From contig JBMOMC010000040.1 in NCBI GenBank assembly GCA_049325335.1, positions 1 to 64,000 on the forward strand: DNA of 64,000 nucleotides. Direction: 5' to 3'. A program made the position numbers and the translations under genes. The stretch is from Nitrospirota bacterium. Lineage in GTDB: Bacteria; Nitrospirota; Nitrospiria; 2-01-FULL-66-17. The notes under the pieces are model-generated. The model was not told where the DNA came from and made no database searches. It saw only the letters and a list, made by a program, of their open reading frames with translations. Below are positions 30,388-39,100 of this stretch, in pieces (position 1 is the stretch's first letter; the number at the start of each line of letters is the position of its first letter).

Positions 30388-30993
30388 ATGAACTACGTCA
30401 ACACTTTCATTGCAGTAGCTCCAGACACCACAGCAAAGGCAGGCACCGTGCCGCCCAGTCGCAGCGACAAGAAATCCATTGCACAACTGGAGTACGAACT
30501 CATCTCGGGCGAACCGTACACACTCACGCAGGAGGAAGTGCAGTTCTCCGTGCATGTGCAACGCCAAGGCATTTCCGCCGCCGAACTCAAAGCCAAGAGA
30601 GCTAAACTATGGTCTGGGTTCTTCTCCAAGCCCATGGCGTGTATGCGAGCCTCGCCCTTGCCCAAGTCATACGGCTGGGGTCTTCACTTCGATGCCGAAG
30701 GCAAGGTTGCTCTTGTTGCCGTGGAGAGCCACGAGTACAAACGCCGGTTGAACAATCCGGCCATCAGGCAGCTCTCCGCCATGAGAAGCAAGCGAGCTCG
30801 AACCATCCATGCACACAGGAGCCAAACAATGCCCAAGATGAATGTGAAATGGCATGAACAAAACAAAATGCCAACGAAGCCAACTGAAGAGCAAAGAATC
30901 AAATGGCATCTTGCCCACGAGAAGAATTGTAAATGCCGGCCAATACCTAAAGGCGTCGTGGAATTAATCAGGAATCGTGGAAAAGCCGCCTAA
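30388..30993 (+). CDS. Cassette 3: DUF6157-like protein fused in frame to a second small protein (internal RBS and ATG at 30829)
   Basis: NYVNTFIAVAPD, ACMRASPLPKSYGWGLHFD, AMRSKRA, then AGGAG and MPKMNVKWHEQNKMP..WHLAHEKNCKCRPIP. Confidence 0.75.
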   Translation: MNYVNTFIAVAPDTTAKAGTVPPSRSDKKSIAQLEYELISGEPYTLTQEEVQFSVHVQRQGISAAELKAKRAKLWSGFFSKPMACMRASPLPKSYGWGLHFDAEGKVALVAVESHEYKRRLNNPAIRQLSAMRSKRARTIHAHRSQTMPKMNVKWHEQNKMPTKPTEEQRIKWHLAHEKNCKCRPIPKGVVELIRNRGKAA

Positions 30994-31045
30994 CAAGCGC
31001 GTGGAGTCGGACTCGCTACGTCGGCGCTCACGCGCAGCGTTAGGC
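30988..31045 (+). repeat. attC site 3
   Basis: GCCTAAC...GTTAGGC, 58 bp. Confidence 0.85.
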
Positions 31046-31060
31046 TTCAGGAAAAACATC

Positions 31061-31663
31061 ATGTATGACGAAGAATTTTGGAACAGGCGCTACGCCATCG
31101 GTGGTTACTTATACGGTACAGAGCCAAATTCATTTTTGGCAGAGCACTGCAGCCTTCTCAGCGGTCCGGTACTATCTCTTTCAGAGGGAGAGGGTCGTAA
31201 TGCTGTTTTTCTGGCATCAGATGGATTAGATGTCCTCGGTGTTGATATTTCGATGATCGCATTAGAAAAAGCAAAAAAATTAGCCCAATCACGCGGCGTA
31301 GAAATCAAGACTATGGTTACTGATTTGGCAACTTTTAAACCAGAAGAGAACCACTATGGTTCAGTAGTCTCAATTTCTGCGCATCTTCCGAGTGCAGTTC
31401 GAAATAGGTTTTATCCGTTAATAGAACGGTCGCTCAAACCTAATGGAATAAAAATTCTGGAGGCATTCTCAGAGAATCAACTGTTGCTAGATACAGGCGG
31501 GCCTAAGGATGCAGATATGCTCATGACAGTTGATAAGATCCATCGAGAATTCCCGAACTTCGAGCCAATTCTTTTGCGTGAGGTTGAAAGGGAAGTTTCC
31601 GAGGGAGAAGGCCATACAGGGATGGCTTCCGTCCTTCAGTTCATTGCGAGAAAAGAAGCCTAA
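31061..31663 (+). CDS. Cassette 4: class I SAM-dependent methyltransferase
   Basis: YLYGTEPNSFL, EGEGRNAVFLA, GGPK. Confidence 0.88.
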   Translation: MYDEEFWNRRYAIGGYLYGTEPNSFLAEHCSLLSGPVLSLSEGEGRNAVFLASDGLDVLGVDISMIALEKAKKLAQSRGVEIKTMVTDLATFKPEENHYGSVVSISAHLPSAVRNRFYPLIERSLKPNGIKILEAFSENQLLLDTGGPKDADMLMTVDKIHREFPNFEPILLREVEREVSEGEGHTGMASVLQFIARKEA

Positions 31664-31723
31664 CACAGCGCTGAAGAGGGACGCGGCAGCAAAGCGCCGC
31701 GCCCCTTAGCGTTTGCGTTCGGC
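31658..31723 (+). repeat. attC site 4
   Basis: GCCTAAC...GTTCGGC. Confidence 0.85.
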
Positions 31724-31754
31724 GCGCCGAACGCCAAGCATCAGGAGGCTACAA

Positions 31755-32072
31755 ATGGAGTTACCGGTTACCTGGAGTAGAGCTGCTCGGGTCTGGAAAT
31801 CTTACTTCTGGCGCACCCTAGTCGCCCTTCTTGCCTCGGTCATCTTAGGGGCGATCGTTGGTGGAGCTATAGGTTTTGTAATGGGTGTGATAGGGTTTTC
31901 TCCAGAATCAATCCGCCCCGTTTCGGTGGTGATCGGTATAGTAATCGGTATTGCCGTTTCAATTGTTCCGATGAAGTTGATCCTGGGCAAAGATTTTGGT
32001 GAGTTTCGTGTTGTCCTACTTGCAAAAGAACCTGCGGATAACTCGCTGACGAGCAAATCGCATAGCGCCTAA
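31755..32072 (+). CDS. Cassette 5: small two-TM membrane protein
   Basis: AGGAGG RBS, two hydrophobic helices, LGKDFGEFRVVL tail. Confidence 0.75.
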   Translation: MELPVTWSRAARVWKSYFWRTLVALLASVILGAIVGGAIGFVMGVIGFSPESIRPVSVVIGIVIGIAVSIVPMKLILGKDFGEFRVVLLAKEPADNSLTSKSHSA

Positions 32073-32159
32073 CCCGGCACTCAACCCGACCGGGCGAAGC
32101 GCGGCGGCTCGCAGTCGCTCGTTGAGTCAGGGGCCGGCGGGTTAGTTTTGGCGTTAGAG
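32067..32159 (+). repeat. attC site 5
   Basis: GCCTAAC...GTTAGAG. Confidence 0.8.
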
Positions 32160-32165
32160 GTATCC

Positions 32166-32519
32166 ATGATCGAAAAAGCATTTGCTGATCATTTTGCGGC
32201 TGACTGGATTGACTCCTGGAACAAGCATGACCTTGTTCGCATTCTGTCGCACTACGCGGACGACTTTGAAATGTCGTCACCGGTAATAGTCAAGATCGTG
32301 GGTAAACCGTCAGGAACACTAAAGGGCAAAGAAGCGGTGGGGGCCTATTGGGCCAAAGCCCTTCAACTGATTCCCGATCTTCATTTTGAGCTGGTCGCCA
32401 CGCTTGTCGGGGTCAACAGCATCACCCTCTACTACAACGGTGTTCGTGGCCCATCCGCAGAGGTGTTTCATTTCAACCACGAAGGCAAGGTCTCAAGGGC
32501 ATATGCACATTACCTCTAA
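32166..32519 (+). CDS. Cassette 6: SnoaL/NTF2-like protein
   Basis: WIDSWNKHDL..ILSHYADDFEMSSP, GKEAVGAYW. Confidence 0.85.
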   Translation: MIEKAFADHFAADWIDSWNKHDLVRILSHYADDFEMSSPVIVKIVGKPSGTLKGKEAVGAYWAKALQLIPDLHFELVATLVGVNSITLYYNGVRGPSAEVFHFNHEGKVSRAYAHYL

Positions 32520-32573
32520 CCCGCCGCTCAACCGGACGCTCCTATCGTCGCGCCGGTTAGCAGCACGTTCGGT
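32514..32573 (+). repeat. attC site 6
   Basis: CTCTAAC...GTTCGGT; cassette ends GTTAGAGGTA and TACCTCTAAC are perfectly complementary. Confidence 0.85.
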
Positions 32574-32682
32574 GGACGCTCGCTTCGCTCGCAACCGTCC
32601 ACCGAACGGGGCGCGAGCTCAGCGAGTTGTTGCGCGCGTGAGGAACCGCGCTCGGCGGGGGCTCGCAACGCAGCGAGCGCCC
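32567..32682. other. ORF-less structured cassette region containing an inverted minimal attC
   Basis: Nested inverted repeats and no credible ORF (details in findings). Confidence 0.65.
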
Positions 32683-32817
32683 GCCGAACAACTCGCTGAA
32701 GCTGACATCGCGCGCATCGAGCGCGCGACTCCGCTTCGCTCCCCCCACGGCGGGGTGGATGAGGCCTTCGGCCTCCCCACCCCTTGGGGGTGCAGCTTAG
32801 CTCGCGCCCCGTTGGGC
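32683..32817 (+). repeat. attC site 7 (long, 135 bp)
   Basis: GCCGAAC-AACTC-GCTGAAGC...GCTTAGC-TCGCGCCCC-GTTGGGC. Confidence 0.75.
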
Positions 32818-32877
32818 CTCATTCGCAAAAGTGGTCGTTTATTTCGGTGCGCGCGAAGCGACCGGGGGAGAGCATAA

Positions 32878-33390
32878 ATGAAATGGGTCGTTGGTCTGGG
32901 TGTTGGACTCGTAAGTATTGTCGCTATCGTTGTCGGGGTCGGTTTGCTGTTGCCCGAAAAGCATCGTGCTAGTGAATCGGCTCGTTATCGTCTCAGTGCT
33001 GAGCGGCTATGGGAGATCATCACGGATTTTAGCGCTTATCCCACATGGCGCAGTGGCGTCAGTGCGGTGGAGCGTCTACCTGACATGGACGGGCATCCCG
33101 TGTGGAAGGAAACCGATTCTCATGGAGAAGGTATCCCGTACCAGACAGTGGAGTCCGTGCCGAACCAACGATTGGTGAGGCGCATTGCTGATTCTAGTTT
33201 GCCCTTTGGCGGCAGTTGGGAGTTCGTTCTTGAGACTGCACCTGAAGGCACTACTCTGACCATTACTGAAAATGGAGAGGTTTACAATCCCGTTTTCCGC
33301 TTTGTCTCAAAGTTCATCATCGGCCATAACAAAAACATTCATGGCTACCTGAATGATATACAAACAAAGATCACGGGGAACGTACAATGA
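32878..33390 (+). CDS. Cassette: SRPBCC (polyketide cyclase/dehydrase-like) protein
   Basis: LWEIITDFSAYPTWR, LPFGGSWEF, TITENGEVYNPVFRF; N-terminal TM segment. Confidence 0.85.
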   Translation: MKWVVGLGVGLVSIVAIVVGVGLLLPEKHRASESARYRLSAERLWEIITDFSAYPTWRSGVSAVERLPDMDGHPVWKETDSHGEGIPYQTVESVPNQRLVRRIADSSLPFGGSWEFVLETAPEGTTLTITENGEVYNPVFRFVSKFIIGHNKNIHGYLNDIQTKITGNVQ

Positions 33391-33391
33391 T

Positions 33392-33481
33392 GCCCAACAA
33401 GTCACTCAACCCGACCGGACTCAGCGGGGGGGCTCGCGGCCGCTCGTTTCGTCGGGGGCCAGCGGGTTCGGTTCGCTCGGC
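33392..33481 (+). repeat. attC site 8 (degenerate R', GCTCGGC)
   Basis: GCCCAAC start, body similar to attC5, GTT core changed to GCT. Confidence 0.65.
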
Positions 33482-33502
33482 GGCGCTTCGCGGGAGCCAG
33501 AG

Positions 33503-33871
33503 ATGTCAAACCTTCGTGTAACTGAAATCAAGGCGTTCGTTCCGTCGAAGGACTTCGAGCTTTCTAAGCAGTTCTACAAAGATCTCGGCTTCACTATGGC
33601 GTCGGAAGGTGGCGGCATTGCTTACTTTCACTTTGGGCACGTCAGCTTCCTGCTACAAGATTTCTGCGCAGAGTCGTTTGCCGAACATTTCATGATGCAT
33701 ATCCTCGTCGGGGATGTGAACTCTTGGTGGAATCACGTCCAAGACAGTGGCGTTCTTTCAAAGTACGGCGTCAGAGTCACGAACATCGAAGACCAGCCGT
33801 GGCACATGCGGGATTTCTGCCTCTACGATCCGTCGGGCGTTCTTTGGCGAATTGGCCAGAACACAGACTAA
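33503..33871 (+). CDS. Cassette: glyoxalase/VOC family protein
   Basis: AFVPSKDFELSKQFYKDLGF, QPWHMRDFCLYDPSGVLWRI. Confidence 0.88.
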   Translation: MSNLRVTEIKAFVPSKDFELSKQFYKDLGFTMASEGGGIAYFHFGHVSFLLQDFCAESFAEHFMMHILVGDVNSWWNHVQDSGVLSKYGVRVTNIEDQPWHMRDFCLYDPSGVLWRIGQNTD

Positions 33872-33904
33872 ACCGAAGAGAAATTCAGTGACGCCAGTAA
33901 CGAC

Positions 33905-33962
33905 GCCGAACCAATCATTCCCGTGGACCGACTTCGGCGGCCGCTGAATTCAAACGTTATAC
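33905..33962 (+). repeat. attC site 9
   Basis: GCCGAAC...GTTATAC, 58 bp. Confidence 0.8.
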
Positions 33963-33981
33963 CTCGCAAAGACATTAACCC

Positions 33982-34422
33982 ATGGAATGGAAACAAGGCG
34001 AGTTCACAATATCCGACAGACGCGAAGAACTGGATGTTAAAACCATCCACAATTTTCTTCGCGAGTCGTATTGGGCAAAGGGAATCCCAAGGTCAATTGT
34101 GGAAAAAGCCATAAACAATTCCCTCTGTTTCGGCTTGTACCACAACTCAAAACAAGTTGGCTTCGGGCGTGCCGTCTCTGACCAAGCCACCTTTGCCTAT
34201 CTCGCCGATGTCTTTGTAGTGCCGGCCTATAGAGGGCGCGGCCTCGGAAAGTGGTTAGTTTCATGCGTTCTAGCCCATCCTGAACTTCAAGGTTTACGTC
34301 GTTGGTTGCTGGCCACACTTGATGCTCACGGGTTATATGAACAAAATGGGTTCGTTGCCTTGCGAAAGCCAGAATGGTTCATGGAAATCAATGACCCAAA
34401 CATCTATCAACGCGAGGTATAA
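33982..34422 (+). CDS. Cassette: GNAT N-acetyltransferase
   Basis: SYWAKG, FAYLADVFV..YRGRGLGKWL, ATLDAHGLY. Confidence 0.9.
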   Translation: MEWKQGEFTISDRREELDVKTIHNFLRESYWAKGIPRSIVEKAINNSLCFGLYHNSKQVGFGRAVSDQATFAYLADVFVVPAYRGRGLGKWLVSCVLAHPELQGLRRWLLATLDAHGLYEQNGFVALRKPEWFMEINDPNIYQREV

Positions 34423-34497
34423 CAACGCGTTCAACACAGATTGGAAAAAGCGTCGCTTCGCTCTGCTTTTGCCAACCGGTTAACGCGAACGTTGGGC
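34417..34497 (+). repeat. attC site 10
   Basis: GTATAAC...GTTGGGC; cassette ends GTTATACCTCGC and GCGAGGTATAAC are perfectly complementary. Confidence 0.85.
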
Positions 34498-34569
34498 TTC
34501 CGTCAAAGGCAGGGTGTCGGCACGAATGCCTGACATGTGCAACATAACTCATCTGCAAAGGAGAAAGAG

Positions 34570-35166
34570 ATGTATTCGCGAACTCGTCACCGACGTCTTC
34601 TCATCATGGGTTTGATCGCGGCTGCGCTAGGCGTCGCCGGCGCGTGCACAACGCAGGAGCCGCCGCGTACCCCCGACGCCGCTCCCGTCGAGCGAGGGCG
34701 TTATCTCGTGAAAATAGGAGGATGCGGCGATTGTCACACGCCGAAACTGTTCACGGAGGCCGGCCCGGAACCTGACAACAGCCGTCTTCTGTCGGGCCAT
34801 CCGGCGGATGCGAAAGTGCCTCCGGTCCCGCCAGGCGTCATCGGGCCCGACCAGTGGGGCGCGATTGCGAATAACGATCTGACCGCCTGGGCCGGACCGT
34901 GGGGGATCAGTTTTACGGCGAATCTCACCCCGGACGAGACCGGATTGGGAAGCTGGTCGCCGGAGACCTTCATTCAGGCCATCCGAACCGGTAAACATGC
35001 TGGCGTCGGGCGCGACATCCTGCCACCTATGCCCTGGATGGATTACGCGCTGATGACTGACGCAGATCTGCGGGCCGTGTTCGCGTATCTCCAGTCACTG
35101 CCTCCCATCTCGAATGTCGTCCCGGCGCCCGTTCCGCCGGCCGCCGGCCCGGCTCCCGGCAAATGA
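34570..35166 (+). CDS. Cassette: c-type cytochrome lipoprotein
   Basis: Lipobox VAGAC, ERGRYLV, CGDCHTP heme motif, ANLTPDETGLGSW, PPMPW. Confidence 0.85.
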   Translation: MYSRTRHRRLLIMGLIAAALGVAGACTTQEPPRTPDAAPVERGRYLVKIGGCGDCHTPKLFTEAGPEPDNSRLLSGHPADAKVPPVPPGVIGPDQWGAIANNDLTAWAGPWGISFTANLTPDETGLGSWSPETFIQAIRTGKHAGVGRDILPPMPWMDYALMTDADLRAVFAYLQSLPPISNVVPAPVPPAAGPAPGK

Positions 35167-35169
35167 GCC

Positions 35170-35226
35170 GTCCAACAAGGCGCTCCAGAGGGCGCGCCTA
35201 AAGCGGCGCGCCCCTAAATTGAGTAT
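35170..35226 (+). repeat. attC site 11 (truncated, R' lost)
   Basis: GTCCAAC and hairpin agggcgcgcc...ggcgcgcccct, but no GTT core. Confidence 0.55.
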
Positions 35227-35236
35227 GGGAATAAAC

Positions 35237-35599
35237 ATGAGAGCACTTTCTGTTGTTCGCGCCTACCACAGTGCTTGGACGGGTAAACGTTTTGAAGAAG
35301 CTATCCGATTGCTTGCGCCGGATCTCGTGGTTGAGGTGCCAATCAATCATTATCCCAATAAGGACTCGTTCGCCCAGGCGCTGACAGGTTTTGGCGGGCT
35401 GGTCAAAAGTGTGGACCTTCTCGCTGAGTTTTCTAAAGCAAATGAGGCTATGCTGCTCTACGATATGGATGTGGAAGGCTTAGGGAAGATGCGGATCGCT
35501 GAGCACTTTACGATCGCCGATGAAAGAATCGTGAGGATTCGGCAAATTCACGACACGACGGCCGTTCGCGCTGCAGGATTTGCGCGGTCTACTCCATGA
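35237..35599 (+). CDS. Last cassette: SnoaL/NTF2-like protein
   Basis: VVRAYHSAW, AEHFTIADERIVRIRQIHDT. Confidence 0.8.
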   Translation: MRALSVVRAYHSAWTGKRFEEAIRLLAPDLVVEVPINHYPNKDSFAQALTGFGGLVKSVDLLAEFSKANEAMLLYDMDVEGLGKMRIAEHFTIADERIVRIRQIHDTTAVRAAGFARSTP

Positions 35600-36142
35600 A
35601 CCGCCTGTTGCCGACTGACTGGTCTGGATTCTTGCCTTTCGGGGAATGACGGATTGAACGCGATCACCCATGTGTGGAAACCGCGTTACGTGGTGAGCCG
35701 TTTGTAGATTTTGAACGAAGAAACGCAGAGGAAACGGACAGATTTAATTGCTTGATTTCATTTCTTCCTAATGAGCGCCCAATACGGCGCTGAACTCTGA
35801 TGCGCGATCCGCGCGCGCGCCGTGTAGCATGATGTCGGTGTCGAGCCTGATTCGCGGTCGTGATATGACCGTACGATCTCGGGTCGATGCAGCGGTTCGA
35901 ACCCGCTCGCCGCCGCACCTTCTCGCCGATGTCCTGGTCGTTGTCCGATCGCTCCACACGCGGGATTACGAATGATCCGTTCATGGTGGTCGCGTGGTCT
36001 TGCCAGAACGCGGTCGCCGGGTAAAATTTCTATGGTTCCGACGGCCGTTGTGTCGTCCGTTCACGAGACGGCGGATTTCGGAAACCGGTCGGGATGTTCG
36101 TGGCGACGATGCGGTATCGAATGACGATCAACGGGATGGACC

Positions 36143-39100
36143 GTGGCGGCTGATCCTCAACACGTCGGGGAGCAGGAGGGTTCGACGGACGGCGCCGTCG
36201 GGGAAGCCTTTGAACGCCTGACCGCGACGTCCTTGCCCCAGGGGGCGGCCTTCCTTGCGCGGCGCATCGGCGTGGACCAACACGACGTTGAACGCCGAAA
36301 AGCGTTTCTGGATTTTACCGCTCATGACGCCGCGTTGCTCAAGGCCCTTCACGCGCGGCTGGTGGAGCGGTCATCGGAATTCGCGGACCGATTCTACGCG
36401 CACCTTTCCGGGTTCGAGGAGACCCGCGCGTTTTTGGCGGACGCCGCGACTGTTGAGCGGCTCAAACGAAGCCAAGCGGCCTATTTTAATAGCCTCACGT
36501 CCGGGAACTACGCCGGGGACTACGTCGAAAACCGCATTCGCGTCGGCGAGACCCACCACCGAATCGGGTTGGGGCCCAAATGGTATCTGGGCGCCTACAG
36601 CCGGTACTTGTGCGAACTGCTGGGCACGTTGTGGGATGTGGCCGCCAACGACTCCCGGCGTGCGGTTGACATGGCCCGAGCCCTGGTCAAGGTCGTGTTT
36701 TTCGACGTCGGCCTGACCCTCGATACCTACCATCAGATCGATCGGTGGACGATCGAGGAACTACAGACCCATGCCCAACGGATCGTGAGCAACATTCCGT
36801 CGGGCGTGCTGGTCTTGTCCGCGGATCTTCGGGTGTTGTTCGCCAACCGGGCGTTTCTCGATCTGGTGGGCAAGCCGTCCAACTTGGTGATCGGGATGCC
36901 GCTGGAAGCGTTCTTCCCGGCGCGCCGTTGGTGGGATCGTGTGGCCCGTCTCTTGGGTATCGGCGAACGGCGCTCTCAAATCATGGACGTCGAACTGGTC
37001 AACGGGGAGGAAACCCGACAGATCGAGCTCACGCTGGTGCCGATTGCCAGGGCCAGCGGCGACGCGGACCACGCGGATTCGGATCGGGCGAGACTTCTCC
37101 TGGTGCTCGATGACGTGACCGATAAAAAACTGGCGGAAACCGCGTTGCGGGAGAGCCAGCGCAGTCTGTCGACCTTGATCGACAACCTCCCGGGAGCCGT
37201 GTACCGGTGCGCAAACGATCCGGACTGGACCGTGCAGTATATGAGCCCGGGTGTTGCCGGGATCACGGGGTTCAAGGCGGAGGACTTTCTCCAGAGACGC
37301 GTGCTCTATGGAAACCTGATCCATCCCGACGACCAAGAACCGGTCTGGGTCGGCGTCCAGGACGCCGTGGCGGCGAAACGACCGTTCGTGCTTCGTTATC
37401 GCATCCGGACGGCCGACGGCGACGAGCGGTGGGTGTGGGAGCAGGGGCGGGGGGTGTATTCCGACCAAGGGGAATTGATGGCGTTGGAGGGGTTCATCGC
37501 CGACACCACCGAGCGTCGATGGGCTGATGAAGCGTTCGGGATCATCGCGCGGGACGCGTCGTCGCTCGTCGGCAGCCAATTTTTCAGTTCACTGACGAAA
37601 AGCATGGCGGCCGCCCTGCGCGTTCGTTGGGCCTTCATTGCCAGACCTTCGGACTCCGACGGATCGCGCTACCGGATCATCTCGTTTTGGACCGGGACGG
37701 ATTGGGCCGACTCGTTCGAGTATCCGATCAAGGGGACGCCGTGTGAGCGGGTGATTCGTGAGGCCTTTCAGTTTTTCCCGTCGGACGTCCAATCGCGGTT
37801 TCCCGAAGACGTCTGGTTGCGAGAACACGGGGTCGTCAGTTATATGGCCGTTCCCCTCTTTGATTCAGCCGGCCACCCGCTCGGGCACATGGGCGTCATG
37901 GACGACCGCGTGATGGATTCGGCGCTCCCGTTGGAGTCGATCCTCCGAATTTTCGCCGCGCGCGCCGGGGCCGAGCTCGAACGCCAGACCGCGGAAGAAG
38001 CCCTGCGCGAGAGCGAAGAGCGGTACCGCGACGTGGTCGAGAACGCGCACGACATGATTCAAAGCGTGGACCCGGACGGGCGCGTGCTGTTCGTGAACCG
38101 GGCGTGGTTGGACACGATGGGATACCGGGAATACGAGGTCTCGTCGATCACGCTGTTTGACCTGATCCACCGGGAGTCCGTTGACCGCTTCCGTGAACAC
38201 TTCCAGCGTTTGGCGGCCGGGGAATCTCCGGTGCTGATCGAGACGGTGTTCGTCGCCAAAGACGGGCGGGTGATTCCGCTTGAAGGCAGTGCCACGGGAC
38301 AGTATGTGGACGGTCGATTGGTCTCGACTCACGCGATCTTTCGCAATATCACGGAACGCAAGGAGTGGGAGGCGCGCTTGGCGCAGGTGACTCGCCACGA
38401 CGCGCTCACCAATCTGCCGAACCGCGCCGTGTTCCTGGACCGCCTGGATCAAGCGTTGGTTCGCGTCCGAACCGGCCGGTCGGAGCGTCCGTTGGCCGTG
38501 TTGATCCTGGATTTGGACCGGTTCAAGCTGGTGAACGAGACGCTCGGGCATGCCGCGGGCGATCGGATGTTGTCCGCCGTCGCCGAACGGTTGAGCGGGG
38601 TGCTGCGCGACGGCGATACGGTGGCGCGGCTTGGAGGGGACGAATTCGCGGTGTTGTTGCCCGAGTTGGCCAAGGTGAGCGATTCCGCCATGGTCGTGGG
38701 GAAAATTTTCGCCGCGCTGCGCGCCCCGTTCGTGGTGGATTCCCACGAACTGTTCGTGGGCGCCAGCATCGGCGTCAGCGTGGCGCCGGACGACGGCGAC
38801 GAGTCCGGGACATTACTCAAACATGCCGACGCGGCCATGTATCGCGCCAAGGACCAGGGCCGGAACACGTTTCAACTGTATTCCCCGGCGATGAACGTGA
38901 GCCAACTGGAACGGCTGTCGCTGGAAAGCAGCTTGCGGCACGCCTTGGACCGCGACGAATTCGTCGTCTATTACCAGCCGCAGGTGGAACTGGAGTCCGG
39001 TCTCGTCGTGGGGATGGAAGCCTTGGTCCGGTGGCGTCACCCCGAGTGGGGCTTGGTGGCTCCGGCGCGCTTCATCCCGGTGGCCGAGGAAACCGGGCTG

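Larger units (their letters stand above)
29161..35599 (+). mobile_element. Integron gene cassette array (about 12 cassettes, 11 attC)
   Basis: Short co-oriented lower-GC ORFs, most followed by an RYYYAAC...GTTRRRY-like imperfect palindrome; cassette 5' and 3' ends are mutually complementary. Confidence 0.93.

Noticed and set aside
29873..35226. Regularly spaced palindromes read as a CRISPR array
   Set aside because: The repeats are not identical, the spacers are whole genes, no cas genes are present, and the RYYYAAC/GTT boxes identify them as attC.
35600..36142. Further cassettes or an ncRNA after the last SnoaL gene
   Set aside because: No attC-like box pair or convincing ORF; only a short hairpin repeat and probable promoter DNA for the GGDEF-EAL gene.
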